From: Perkinsus chesapeaki ATCC PRA-425
Lineage: Eukaryota > Protista > Perkinsozoa
DNA: 64,000 bases
Direction of reading: 5' to 3'
Assembly (NCBI GenBank): GCA_013115145.1
Contig: JAAPAO010000003.1
Location: 124,001 to 188,000 of the forward strand
The position numbers and the translations under genes were made by a program. The notes beneath the pieces are model-generated. The model worked only from the letters and a program-made list of their open reading frames with translations. It did not search any database and was not told where the DNA came from. How positions within the stretch are numbered: the first letter of the stretch is position 1; each line of letters starts with the position of its first letter. Below, one piece after another: positions 23,787 to 34,470 of this stretch.

Positions 23787-26760
23787 TTAGGGACCAAGGA
23801 GCTGCTTATAAAGGTTGAAGTGCTTCTTCTTTTTAACACTGGACGGCGGCTTCGCAGTGGCGCTCCGCGGGGTGGTGGGCTTCTTGGCGGAGTTGGGCGT
23901 GCTCCAGGCGGACATGGTAGAATCGTTGAGCCCTGGTGTGGTGGAGCATTTCGACGTTGCCGGAGATTTCTTCGTCCGACTTGAGCGAACTGACGTCGCC
24001 GCCCTCCCGGCAAAGTTGAGAGTTGACAAAGTCTCCGACTGATCGCTTAGGTTGGAGGACAGCGTTGAGAACATCAGCACCTTACTGGACCTTCCGCCCA
24101 GGGCGTCTTGGAGGAGGAACGTCAGTTTGCTGCCTCTATACGGTATGTACGGCTGTGGTCCGGCGTCGTCCTCGCAGTCCGAGCTCTCTCGCAGACCGCT
24201 CAGGACATTCCCGAGGCTGGTGAGGCTCTGATTGATGTACGAACTCTCCGATTTGCCGCCGCCGGAGGAGGGGTCCAAGTTGCCCGCGGTCGATGCCCGC
24301 TTCAATGGGCTGCCGCCACTAGCAGCGACCCACTCACCAGAGGTCTTCAGCCGCTCGGAGCCGGCGAGATCGACGAACCACAAGCGGCCGACTATGCGTT
24401 GCGGCGCCGCTACCACCGCTGCTGTTACGACAAGATGAGACCGAGAGGAGCGGGGATTTAGCCTGTTCTGGCCGACAGCACGGGATGCTCGAGCCTTGGA
24501 TAGCAGCTGATGGGCCGACTCAAGTGTGGCAGCGGTGTGCACCTGAAGTGGGGTGCCACCGGCCCTCGATGCCACCTTACCGTAACGCCTGGAAGGTACA
24601 CGGTGTCTCCGAAAAGGCCGGTCTCGAGAAGGCTCCCGCCACGACAGCCGTTGCCGTTGGTCGTGTCACCAGGGGAGGAGAGAGCGATAGGCGAGGTGTC
24701 CGAGTCCGCAGCTCTGGCTTGCTGCGGCCACGATCTTCTGGGGACCAGCTTGACCTGCTCCTTGATTACCCAATCGATAGGCTGCTCGACCCACCTCGAG
24801 CTTGTTGTTGTCCAGAGACCCCTCCGACAGGAGATCTCGGACATTCTCGTTGTAGACTTCCACCACGCATAGGGCAACAGAGAGCTTGCGCCCACCAAAG
24901 GAGGGCTTTTGGGAAGAGTTGAGACGGCCGATCTCAGCGAAGAGAAGCTCAAGGGAGCGAGGCAAGAGACCCTGCTCGTTGGGGTGCTGGCCGCCCTCCA
25001 GCGTGTGGGTCTTTCCTAACAGGCGACCATACCGGCATGACCAAACTGACGGTGAGCGATGTCACCTGTACCGGTCTGGCCATATGCGAAGACGCAGAGA
25101 TTAGTGCAGCCACGAGTCCTTCGTAGCGGAGCAGACAGACCACCGACGGCGGTGGCTAGGTGCGCCTGTATGTTGGAGGAGAGGGCTTCGATCACCGGAG
25201 CCACTTCTGCGAAGATGTCCTCTTGTGTGGAGGTTGACGGGAAAACTGCAGGGAAGTGTTATGAAAAGGTCAGGGTATGCGCTACTAGACGGCCAGCGAA
25301 TGTTTCTGGAGATATAAAGCAAAAAGCCACATCCGGGCAAGATTCGATGTTCACCCAGTCCACATGTAGGGCGCACATCATCTGCAGTTCGGCATCCCCC
25401 TCTACGCATGGCCAGCGCTCAACAAGGGTACCCGGCGAACTTAAGTAGGATCAACAGATTCTGTTACAACGTACCGAAGTCGAAGCTGAACTCGGTCCTT
25501 CTGCTATCCGGCACCACCAGCTTTGTCCCACAACTGCTGACGTCAAGCTCCAGCCTTTAGTAGGGTCAGTCATGTCAGTCTCTCAATATCACCTTACGTT
25601 TCAGCTGGCTCAGAGCCTCCTGCCCGAGGCGGCCGTATCCGACAGAAGACTCTAAGCCCTCCTCGAAGCTCTTGAATCTACCCCATGGATCCGCATGTGA
25701 TACATCTGCACGGCATTTCCTGACCTCATTCCTCAGAGACCTGGTGAGCTCCCGAAGAGAGTCCCTCTCCTCCAGCACTTTCGTTAAACCTTCGCAAACC
25801 TGATCGTTGCACTCGACCGCGTCTCGACAAGCTGCAGCGAGCGAGGCTGCCAGCGACGATACGCTACTGCCGGTTTGACATGCATCTTGACATGCTCTTG
25901 GGATCTGCCAAAACTACTGTCACGCGCCACGAAACCCTTCCGGTCAATACAGTTTTCTGTAAGGTTTGATTGATTTCTTGCATCCGCTGTTCGTCCAATA
26001 AGCACCGTGGGCATGCGTGCTCTACTAAGCTGCTCGATACGGCAGTGGCCACCTCGCCTAGACACAATTTCATACCACATTTCCCACAGAACTTCTACCG
26101 GCAATGCGAAGCTTTTCATCCGAAGCGAGCCAAGTCGCCTTCCTCTCCAGCACCCTATTCCTCTCCTTCAATTGTCGCATCCTCCCCTAACACATGCACA
26201 CTCTCCCCACTCGCCCCTGCAGTGGTGCTGCTGCTGCCTACATAGAGGTCGGTCATTTCAGCGTAGAGCACATCTATCCTTTTGGCATACTCAACCTGAA
26301 GGGGAAGGTATAAAGAAGGGCAGCAGTCCAACAGCAGTGCGCTGCAAGCAGAGATATCTGGATGAAATATGAACAAGTCCCAAGGCTCATTGCGCACAAG
26401 TAACTGGATACTGTAGGCTACAACTACTCTAACTGGGTGGCCTCACCTATAAGTGCTATAGGAGGCCGCCTCCTTAGTGGTACTGGCGATCGGTAACCAT
26501 GGCGCCTCTACTACCGAGATCTCCTGTGATGTTCTAACACATGCCGCCAGGGGCTCATCAAATATGCTCGTGGATACCGACGAGAAGCCCGAGGAGGAGC
26601 AGACGTCAATGGTACCGTACTGCGAGGAGGATGAGGAGGTGCGCGGTGTGGAGAGGTGGGTGGTCTGAGAATAAGACTCTGCGCCGGCAGTGATGCGAGA
26701 TACCTGACTGACGTCCTCATCATCTTCCCAGAGACTGCTGCTACTCCCTGATAGAGCCAT
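23787..26760 (-). CDS. kinesin with C-terminal motor domain (kinesin-14 type)
   Basis: CVFAYGQTGTGKT (spliced), VEVYNENVRDLL, SSRSHLV, FVDLAGSER, INQSLTSLGNVL, PYRGSKLTFLLQDALGG; upstream exons give a S-rich tail and coiled coil (RMRQLKERNRVLER). Confidence 0.9.
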
Positions 26761-27242
26761 GGTGGAGGCAAACTAAGCGGTACACCAGAATTGACTTGGT
26801 AATAACTCAACAGTAGAGGAGGGATTCAAACTCAAAAAATGAAAGTGCCTCATCCTCACTCACACCCCACAGTGGGCGATAATGGCCGGACTAGGCCCGC
26901 CGGTAGCAAGGGCCTCTACGAGCCAAATGACCAACGTCCAGCTTCATCAGATAATACAGCACCGACGCCCAGAGAGGGCTCCTCCCATACAGTTGCTAGG
27001 GGGTGAGGATAAGGGGGCCAACGTCGCTACCGCCGCGCAGACCCAAAATGTTACATTGCGGACACAAAAGACTGCCGCCGCCGCCGTCGCCGACGCGGAT
27101 GCTAATGATGCTAATGATCCGTGCGCCGGTGTAAGAATGAGATGCGTCCTATTGAGAAGACTGAGTTGATGAGAGTGAAAGTGAAATGAGAGGCAAATCC
27201 CTATTAGGATCTCTGTAAAAATAAAGGCCTTCTCTTTACCAA

Positions 27243-28460
27243 CTAATCTTCATAGACCACGCTACTTGAAGCGCGTCTCAGTTTCTCCACAGTGGCATTC
27301 GGATAGAGCGCCTCCCGTAGCTGCAAGGCCCGGCAGTAGTCAGCATAAGACCGTGGGGATGTGGGGTAGCATAACGGTGGAGCACCGGCGCAAATGCTAG
27401 AGGCTGCAGTAGAGGGTTGGGAAGCCAAATGGGCTAATGCAGACGGTGACATGGACTCCGTGGTATCAGAGGCCTCCAGTGAGGGTGAGTTGCCGCAACT
27501 TCTTTTGCCACCATCGCTGGTATCATGAGCTCTATCACCTCCAGTAGCCTCGGCGCTGATGGTGAAGACCGTCTCCCTTGGAGTATCACCACTCAGATTC
27601 GATATGCCAGATCTACCTTCATAAGTAGCAGCAGCAGACACCTCACCGTGGTTGTGGTGAGGTGGGCCATTGCTCCCTCCCTTCCCATTAGCCTTCCAAT
27701 GCCCCTTCGATCCGGACTTCTGATATTGTGGCGCGTGAAGCTGCTGCTGGTGCTGCGGAGCGATCGGCGGGGTCTTCAAGAGCGATGGACCATAAGCACC
27801 TCCCAAGTCCCTCTGGTCCGGCTGCTGTTGCTGCCACTGACTTCCGCTCTCGGCACGCGGTCTCCTGTTGTTGGTGTGGGTGTATGGGCAAGTGTCCCCT
27901 TTGCGGCAGAATCCTCTAGCGTGAAAGACGCATTCGCGGTTCTTACAGAATTCAACAGCCTGCATCACCTCACCGATGCTGTGCCCGAAACGGCACCCGG
28001 AGACATTACACACTCGTCCCTCTGAGACCGACCGGCACAGTATAGTCTTGCTGCCCATACCATTGCCTCTAGCACCACCTTCGTATCCCCCACCGCCCCC
28101 CGCCGCGGCCGCCGATCCACTAGCATTGTAGTTATGGCGATGCTGCTGATGCTGCTGCGGGGGAAAGGAGGTGTTAATGTCGCCACCAGGAATGTGCTGA
28201 AAGTTGCAGCTGTCTCCTTTGACACAACGACCACTAGATTGATAAGCCCAGCACACCCCGCGGGGTCCTCTCATGCTGTTGAAGGAGGACACACGGCGGC
28301 GGTTGGCCACATAGTTGTTTTGAGCCTCCGCCGGTGTTACGGCAGCGGCCGGCCTTGCATCAGGAGGACTATTGACAATCGATTCGCCTCTTCCCACCCC
28401 GCCTGATTGCTGCTGAGCCTCAGAGCGTGTAGCCATTGAGGCGGCCACGTAGTCTGCCAT
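27243..28460 (-). CDS. CCCH zinc-finger RNA-binding protein (3 fingers), intronless
   Basis: CWAYQSSGRCVKGDSCNFQH; CRSVSEGRVCNVSGCRFGH; CVFHARGFCRKGDTCPYTH. Confidence 0.85.
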   Translation of the reverse strand: MADYVAASMATRSEAQQQSGGVGRGESIVNSPPDARPAAAVTPAEAQNNYVANRRRVSSFNSMRGPRGVCWAYQSSGRCVKGDSCNFQHIPGGDINTSFPPQQHQQHRHNYNASGSAAAAGGGGGYEGGARGNGMGSKTILCRSVSEGRVCNVSGCRFGHSIGEVMQAVEFCKNRECVFHARGFCRKGDTCPYTHTNNRRPRAESGSQWQQQQPDQRDLGGAYGPSLLKTPPIAPQHQQQLHAPQYQKSGSKGHWKANGKGGSNGPPHHNHGEVSAAATYEGRSGISNLSGDTPRETVFTISAEATGGDRAHDTSDGGKRSCGNSPSLEASDTTESMSPSALAHLASQPSTAASSICAGAPPLCYPTSPRSYADYCRALQLREALYPNATVEKLRRASSSVVYED

Positions 28461-28580
28461 GGACGGATAATTACAGACAAGACGTCAACCCTATGAAACC
28501 GCCCCATCCCTCTACCGCACTTGACTCGACAAAGTCAAAGTTGGAAACGTATCCGGGGCATTGCAAGTGCCCCTGGCTGC

Positions 28581-30836
28581 TCACAGCCCCACGTAGTAGT
28601 GATTGCCGTTGGTGTTCTGGATAGGGGTCACCACAGGGGAGGTAACACACCACTCATACCACATCTGATAAGAGGAGAAGGTGCGATCGAGGCAACCTTG
28701 AAAGAATCTTACCCGCCTCGAGCTCTGATCTACTCGCCGCCAGATGTTCCATGTGAACACTTGACCTCGCCTAACCGTGATTGGAGTAGAGAGCGGTAGA
28801 AGAATAGGAAACCACGACACCTGCTGAGGGGTACTGCTGCTGAGAGGACTCAGGTAGTAGCCTCATACCATGTCAGTAGTGTGCGTCTTCGGATTGATGG
28901 ACATCATCACCGTGTCGAAAAGGATGCACTCGAAGTAGCCTTGTAGACCGTGGATGACGGCATCGGCTTCAATGGGGAAGGACAAGGATTTGAACCTGCG
29001 CCGGAATCGGGCCCATTCGAAACCCCAGGCCAGATCGCCCGACCTGTCATTCGGGTCGCTATACACCACCGTGCCAGCAGGGCTGCTGCCTCCTTTCTCC
29101 TTGAGTGTGTGGTCGAATGTAAATACCTCCTGGGGGCCCACGCTCGGAGAGGGGTAGAAAAGACGATTTGAAACAACCACGAAGGGCGTCGACAGTCTGA
29201 CAGTCGAGCAACAATGCTGGCCGCTCGAGGAGGACGGCAGCGGAGTACCTCCTATCCGAGTTCGCCAGGCCACCGGCTCCCAACGTACTTGTTGTGTCAG
29301 CGAGGAGACAGCGTATATCAGTCCATAAAGCTGGGCACATTATGGGTTGGCAGAAGGACGTGTAACGTTGAGGGATGCAAACCTAGCAGCGAAGACAGTG
29401 CGGGCAATCAGGGGCCGTCGATAGCGGACTCCATTGGGCTTGAGTATCCTCCGCAGAAATGCATCAGTGAGCAGCTCAGGACTGGCCTCGTTGTCGCCGA
29501 AGCTGCCGAGGAATTCGGAAATAACAACATCAAGGGGACCATCGCTTGGAGACCAATCCCGTAGATCGGAGCAGACGACCTTAACAGCGTGCGCCTAAAG
29601 CAAGCAGCCTGCTGCTGCTGCATCAAGGGTATCTTTAGGTCACCTTCCACTCATCCCTTTTCTGGGCTCGAGCCTTCAGAGTTCTCACAGCATCCTCGTT
29701 CTTCTCCACAGCATAGAAGATAATATCACCGGGATGCAATACGGATGACTTTGCTATTGCCCGCAACGCAGCCTCCACCAGCCCGCCGCGACCTGCACGG
29801 AGACAACAGTGCCAACGGCTCGGCAAGCGGGGGCGTCCTTACCTGCGCCAACCACTGCTATCGACAGCTTAGCGTCTCTTTCTACTGGGCCTCGGTCGGC
29901 CAGAAACTCCCCTACGGCATGCTCGTATAGGAGGTACTTGGTGAAGTCTTCCTCGAAGGTCGCGTAAGTTGTATTATCAAGGTTGTCCTGTAAGGGCCAT
30001 GATGCGGTTAGGCCTGCACGACCACGTGACAAGGCGGCTGTAGGCAACCACTGTCACTGTGAGCCTACCTTTAACGGTTGCAGGGGCTGCTGTAGAATAT
30101 CATAGTAAGGTTCGCAGTATCTATCATATGAGCTCGGAGGAGGCATCCTGTGGTAAAGCCCATCCACAGCCGCCTTCAAGGGAAGCACCAAGTCGTCACT
30201 CGCCGGCTTCAGCAGCACTTGCGCTTTCCGTCGAATCAGCTGCATTAACAGCATCTGATGGGCCGGCGTGCCGATCGTACCGGCGCCAGTGAGCAGGTCC
30301 GACGACACGATGACCACTCTAACAGGTTCCCCCAGCCACCGTTCCGCACACGAACCGATGTCCTGGCTAAGGGTGAGGGCTATCGTGACCGACGATGGAT
30401 GGTTGAGGAGGCCCCTCAAGGTGCTCCACTCCTCCCACATGTCGCTCGGGACCTCCTGCCACTGCTGGGACGGCGTCGATGCGCTGAGCACTTCACGTTT
30501 TAAAACCGCGGCGTAGTTGACAAGATCTGTCTCTCTGTCGAGGGTCGGCAAGCAGATACCGTAGGTTGACAGGTACCGTGCCCAGGAGAGCTGCGGCTTC
30601 AGGTCATCAACAGAAGTCACCCTGCCGACTATTGAGGACTGGCAGATCTTGGCCTCGACGGACAGAATGCCATTGACGACCTCAAAGTCGGCCAACTTCA
30701 AGGGTAAAGAGATATAGTCAAAGCCTTGGCTGCCGGCTACACTGACCGCTGATTGGGGCAGCACTTGACCGTCACCATCAAACCATCGACCAAGATAGAG
30801 TGGTGGGACAGCACCATTAGAGTGAGTTAAAGGCAT
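28581..30836 (-). CDS. PRMT5: protein arginine N-methyltransferase 5
   Basis: LQQPLQPL, DNLDNTTYATFEED, VVGAGRGGLV, YAVEKN, SELLGSFGDNE, GYFECILF, SWFPI, IQNTNG. Confidence 0.95.
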
Positions 30837-31014
30837 ATAATGACAACTACTATCAAATAACAACAGGTGAGGAACGCAAACAAGAGCGAGGAAAGAGTAA
30901 TGTAATAGATGTTGATGATGATGAACGAAAAGTATCATAGAAGTACTAGTAGGCCACAAGACCTACAAGCTTCACCTGGGTAGCTAAAGCTTCCTACATA
31001 CTACCAACCGGCAT

Positions 31015-32163
31015 TCACTGAGACCCGGTTGCGGCCCCAACGCTCTGATTCCCGCTACTGAAAAAAGCCGCACCTGCCGTAGCGGCAGAAACTGTGGTGG
31101 CATAAGACGGGGGCTTGCTGAAGGCCGCGCCGGCGCGGGTGGCAGAAGTGGCCACTGCAGGAGTCTTAGTGTCGGCGGCTGAGTTTAGACCAGCTTGAAT
31201 TAGAATGGCCACGACCTTTCTGTGGGCCTCCTGGACACCATTGAGGCTACCAGTAAGCGTCATTACATAACCTCCGAAACAGGCGAGATCTTTCGGGGAC
31301 GCATCACCATCTAAGCATCCCGCATCACCACCACCGGCCGCGGAGGCGGCTGCGGTGGTATTCGAGCGGGGATGTTTTAATTGGATGAAGGTCTCCGTGT
31401 CATGCGATATCTTTCTCATCGATGACTCCACAGTGACAAGCTCATTGGCTTCGGCCTCCTTCAAAGGCAACGATATTGATATCCTCGGTACTTCAAAGCT
31501 ACTACCCACACCTTCAACTCTAGCTTCACCAGAATGGGCCTCCTGGGGTTGCTGGGCCTCTTGGTGGGTAGTAGCAGGATCCATCGGTAGCATAGGATAC
31601 TCAATTTCGAGAATCTTCATCATGGCAGCCTTGTCCGATTGAACGGCCAAGACAATCTCCTTGCAAAGTATCCCGACCACACTGGGCAAACCCGCACAGG
31701 CCTTGCTCAGGACACAGATGATGCGTTCGTCCAAGTCGTCTTGAGGAGGCAGCATTGAACTCTGGGGAGAGATAGCCGAGCCACCGGCATTCAGGGCCGC
31801 TTCGACCGCCTGGTCGCTACCAAGGCAGATGAATATTCCTCCAGACGACGGGGTCGAATACGCCAGGCCCTCAACCAGTTCTCGGCAGAGGGACCCCAAA
31901 GAGTCCAGGTTCGAGGTTGCGACCATTAGCGCGTGGTAGTTCCTGCCGAGTAGTGAGCGCTTGCCGGCGGAAAAGCCGATAGCGCAGTCCATGTGGGCTT
32001 GCAGAGATGCCTTCTGAGCGGATATCTCCGCCACTTGAGACTCAGTGACAAGAATCTTAAACCAATAGGGTCCTTGACAGAATAGAGGTACTCTCGCGCT
32101 GTCGACGATTGTTGAAGCTGGAAGTTTGAGGAGCTCCACCAGCCCGGTCTTCTCCGCTGACAT
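31015..32163 (-). CDS. three-KH-domain (Nova/PCBP-type) protein with degenerate GxxG loops, intronless
   Basis: YWFKILVTESQV...LQAHMDCAIGFS..., ERIICV, ISISLP...YVMTLTGSLNGVQEAHRKV follow KH topology; no GxxG at expected positions. Confidence 0.6.
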   Translation of the reverse strand: MSAEKTGLVELLKLPASTIVDSARVPLFCQGPYWFKILVTESQVAEISAQKASLQAHMDCAIGFSAGKRSLLGRNYHALMVATSNLDSLGSLCRELVEGLAYSTPSSGGIFICLGSDQAVEAALNAGGSAISPQSSMLPPQDDLDERIICVLSKACAGLPSVVGILCKEIVLAVQSDKAAMMKILEIEYPMLPMDPATTHQEAQQPQEAHSGEARVEGVGSSFEVPRISISLPLKEAEANELVTVESSMRKISHDTETFIQLKHPRSNTTAAASAAGGGDAGCLDGDASPKDLACFGGYVMTLTGSLNGVQEAHRKVVAILIQAGLNSAADTKTPAVATSATRAGAAFSKPPSYATTVSAATAGAAFFSSGNQSVGAATGSQ

Positions 32164-32425
32164 TGCTGAAGGTAACTCCAATGAGACCAACAAGAGGAAT
32201 GCTATTTAGGGCACTCGAACGCAAAAGAGGAAAATGCTTATACTGTAGAGTTGTGTGAGAATAAGAGGTAACAAAGGCCGTGCTGGTATTCTTATGAGAT
32301 ATCCTCGGGCTGATGGGAGCCGAGAAGGCCGCTAAAACCGAAAAGGGGAATGATATCAACAACAACGATGCCAACTTGTGGAGTGATTTACGATACATCC
32401 AGGGTTGTATCTACAAACCTGGATT

Positions 32426-33289
32426 CTAGGAGGCAGCGATACCGGCGCGGATGATCCATTCTATCACGCGACGATGAGTCGTTTGAACTCCCTCCAGGTT
32501 GCCAGTGAGAGTGATGAGGTAACCTGTGGGTGGCTGAGCAGCTGATGCGCCGCCGTCACATGGGAACTGCTTGGCCTGGATGTTAATGCCCACACTTTGG
32601 GTCAGCTGCACCATTTCTAGGGACTTTGTTTGGAGACACTCAAACTCCGCTGGATTCAACAAAAACGAGACCGATATATCTGAAGTCGAGCTGGAGGGAG
32701 ATGCCGCCGCTGCCGCTGAGAAAGCTCTCGTCATAGGTCCCTCGTAGTCTGCCTCTAGAACGGAAACCATAGAAGATACGTCAACCTGGAGGGCTGCCAT
32801 AACCTCACCACAAAGGATTCCTAGGAGGTTACTAAGGCTGCCGCACTCGTCGGCTGATACTCTAACAACAATTTCACCGCTAACCGCAGAGAAGTTCCGA
32901 TCAATCTTAGCCACGGCACCGCCAGCTTCCAGCGCTCTAGCAGCACTTTCCTGGCTTCCTACGCATACCAGGAAGTCATCAATGGTGGATGCCGAGCCAT
33001 CGGACAATATATCGGCGACAAGCATCTCAACAGACCGGCTAAGGGCACGGACGTCACTGCAGGCGATAATTGCTGCTCGGTAGGGAGTACCAGGGAAGAC
33101 GTAGCCGGGTTGGGAGAGGGCCACGATGCAATCACATTGCTGCTCTAGACTTGTCTTTCCGACAGAGACTCTCCTGAGCTGGGCTTCAGTTAGAAGGGTT
33201 TTGCACCAGAACGGACCGAGGCAGAAAGCATCGCGCCGGGAGGGATCCACCGCTATGGCTTGCGGCAAACGTAAAAAGGAGGAATCCAT
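32426..33289 (-). CDS. tandem paralog of the KH protein at 31015-32163, intronless
   Basis: FWCKTLLTEAQL...LEQQCDCIVALSQPGYVFPGTPYRAAII (Nova-like FPGT..R), YLITLTGNLEGVQTTHRRV. Confidence 0.6.
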   Translation of the reverse strand: MDSSFLRLPQAIAVDPSRRDAFCLGPFWCKTLLTEAQLRRVSVGKTSLEQQCDCIVALSQPGYVFPGTPYRAAIIACSDVRALSRSVEMLVADILSDGSASTIDDFLVCVGSQESAARALEAGGAVAKIDRNFSAVSGEIVVRVSADECGSLSNLLGILCGEVMAALQVDVSSMVSVLEADYEGPMTRAFSAAAAASPSSSTSDISVSFLLNPAEFECLQTKSLEMVQLTQSVGINIQAKQFPCDGGASAAQPPTGYLITLTGNLEGVQTTHRRVIEWIIRAGIAAS

Positions 33290-33529
33290 GTGAAAAAGGA
33301 TAAGCTAAAAATATTAGCAAGGATTGCTAGCTGCTGCCAACGCAAGACAAGGCATCTACAAAGGGTACCACCTAACACTCGGCCAAGTGAAGAAATGTCA
33401 TCACCAACTTGCCTCCAGTAGCAATGACACTGGGACACAGCAGAGCAGCAGCAGAGGCCAGACGGTATACGAAGCAATGGTGATAACCATAGAGGGATGT
33501 GGGAAAAGCCGAGCACAGGTTACTGGGCA

Positions 33530-34470
33530 GCAGCAGCAGCGACGACAACATTGCTTTAGGTCCGTGTCGGTAAAGGCCTGGCTTCTTATCCCCAGAAAAA
33601 TTGGTGTCGCGAAGAGGGTGATGATGATGATGACAAGGCTAGCGGCGGGCCACAACCAGCAATGCGCGGTCCACAGCTGTTCAATAGTACAAGCCAAAGG
33701 TAACGACAAACGCATCACCGATCATCATCAGGAACATCGCCAAACAAGCCGGTCAAGTGGTCAATGTTATTGCCGTTCAATCAGCAGGAGCAGGCGGAGG
33801 AGGAGCAGGAAGGGAAGATAAGGACGATGATGATGCTGGTGCTTCACTCAGTTATCGGTATTGCTCCACCACCACCACCACCACAAACATCGTCGGAGAA
33901 GAGCAGCTTCCTTATCAGATACGACTATCAAGACGATACAGCAATAATATAGTCGACATCAGCTAGGACAGATAATAAGAAGCTGAACTAATGAGCGGAA
34001 GGTATTGGCAGCCGCAGCAGCAGCTGCTGTAGTGCCCAAGGGATGGATAATGAGAACTGTTGATGACCATAGTCACACATACACAGCCTCAAATGGTACC
34101 GGAGCACCAAGAGCAGCAGCAATGGCAGTGGTGGGGGAGTCAGCATAGTACAGGAGAGCAGGACCAGGATAAGTGGGCGGTAAAGGAGCAACAACAACAG
34201 CCGTCGTCGTCGTCGTCCCTTTTCCCATAGGATATAGTAAAGATCAAGTTTACAGGGTTTCGCTGGTATATAGCACCAGATACAGGCAGTAGGCAATAAA
34301 ACAAGCCAGTAGATAAAGGTGGTAGCAGGTGCACCTTCTAGTGTTGCTGATTGTTAGGTAGCTGATGTTGACCAGAGGCTGCTGAGGCAGCGGCGGCGGC
34401 CGATGCTGCTGTTAGGAGGTCATCTAGCGATGCCGTAGAGGAAGCCGCCGCCGCCTGCTGTTGCTGCTGT
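33530..34470. repeat. low-complexity trinucleotide tracts (CAG, GAT, ACC, GTC) in the WNK 3' flank and tail
   Basis: Numerous short (CAG)n/(GAT)n/(ACC)n/(GTC)n runs; no coherent ORF 3' of the WNK stop. Confidence 0.6.

Noticed and set aside
33324-33821. 165-aa plus-strand ORF between the KH and WNK genes
   Set aside because: Low-complexity trinucleotide sequence, antisense to the block, no motifs; likely UTR or intergenic.
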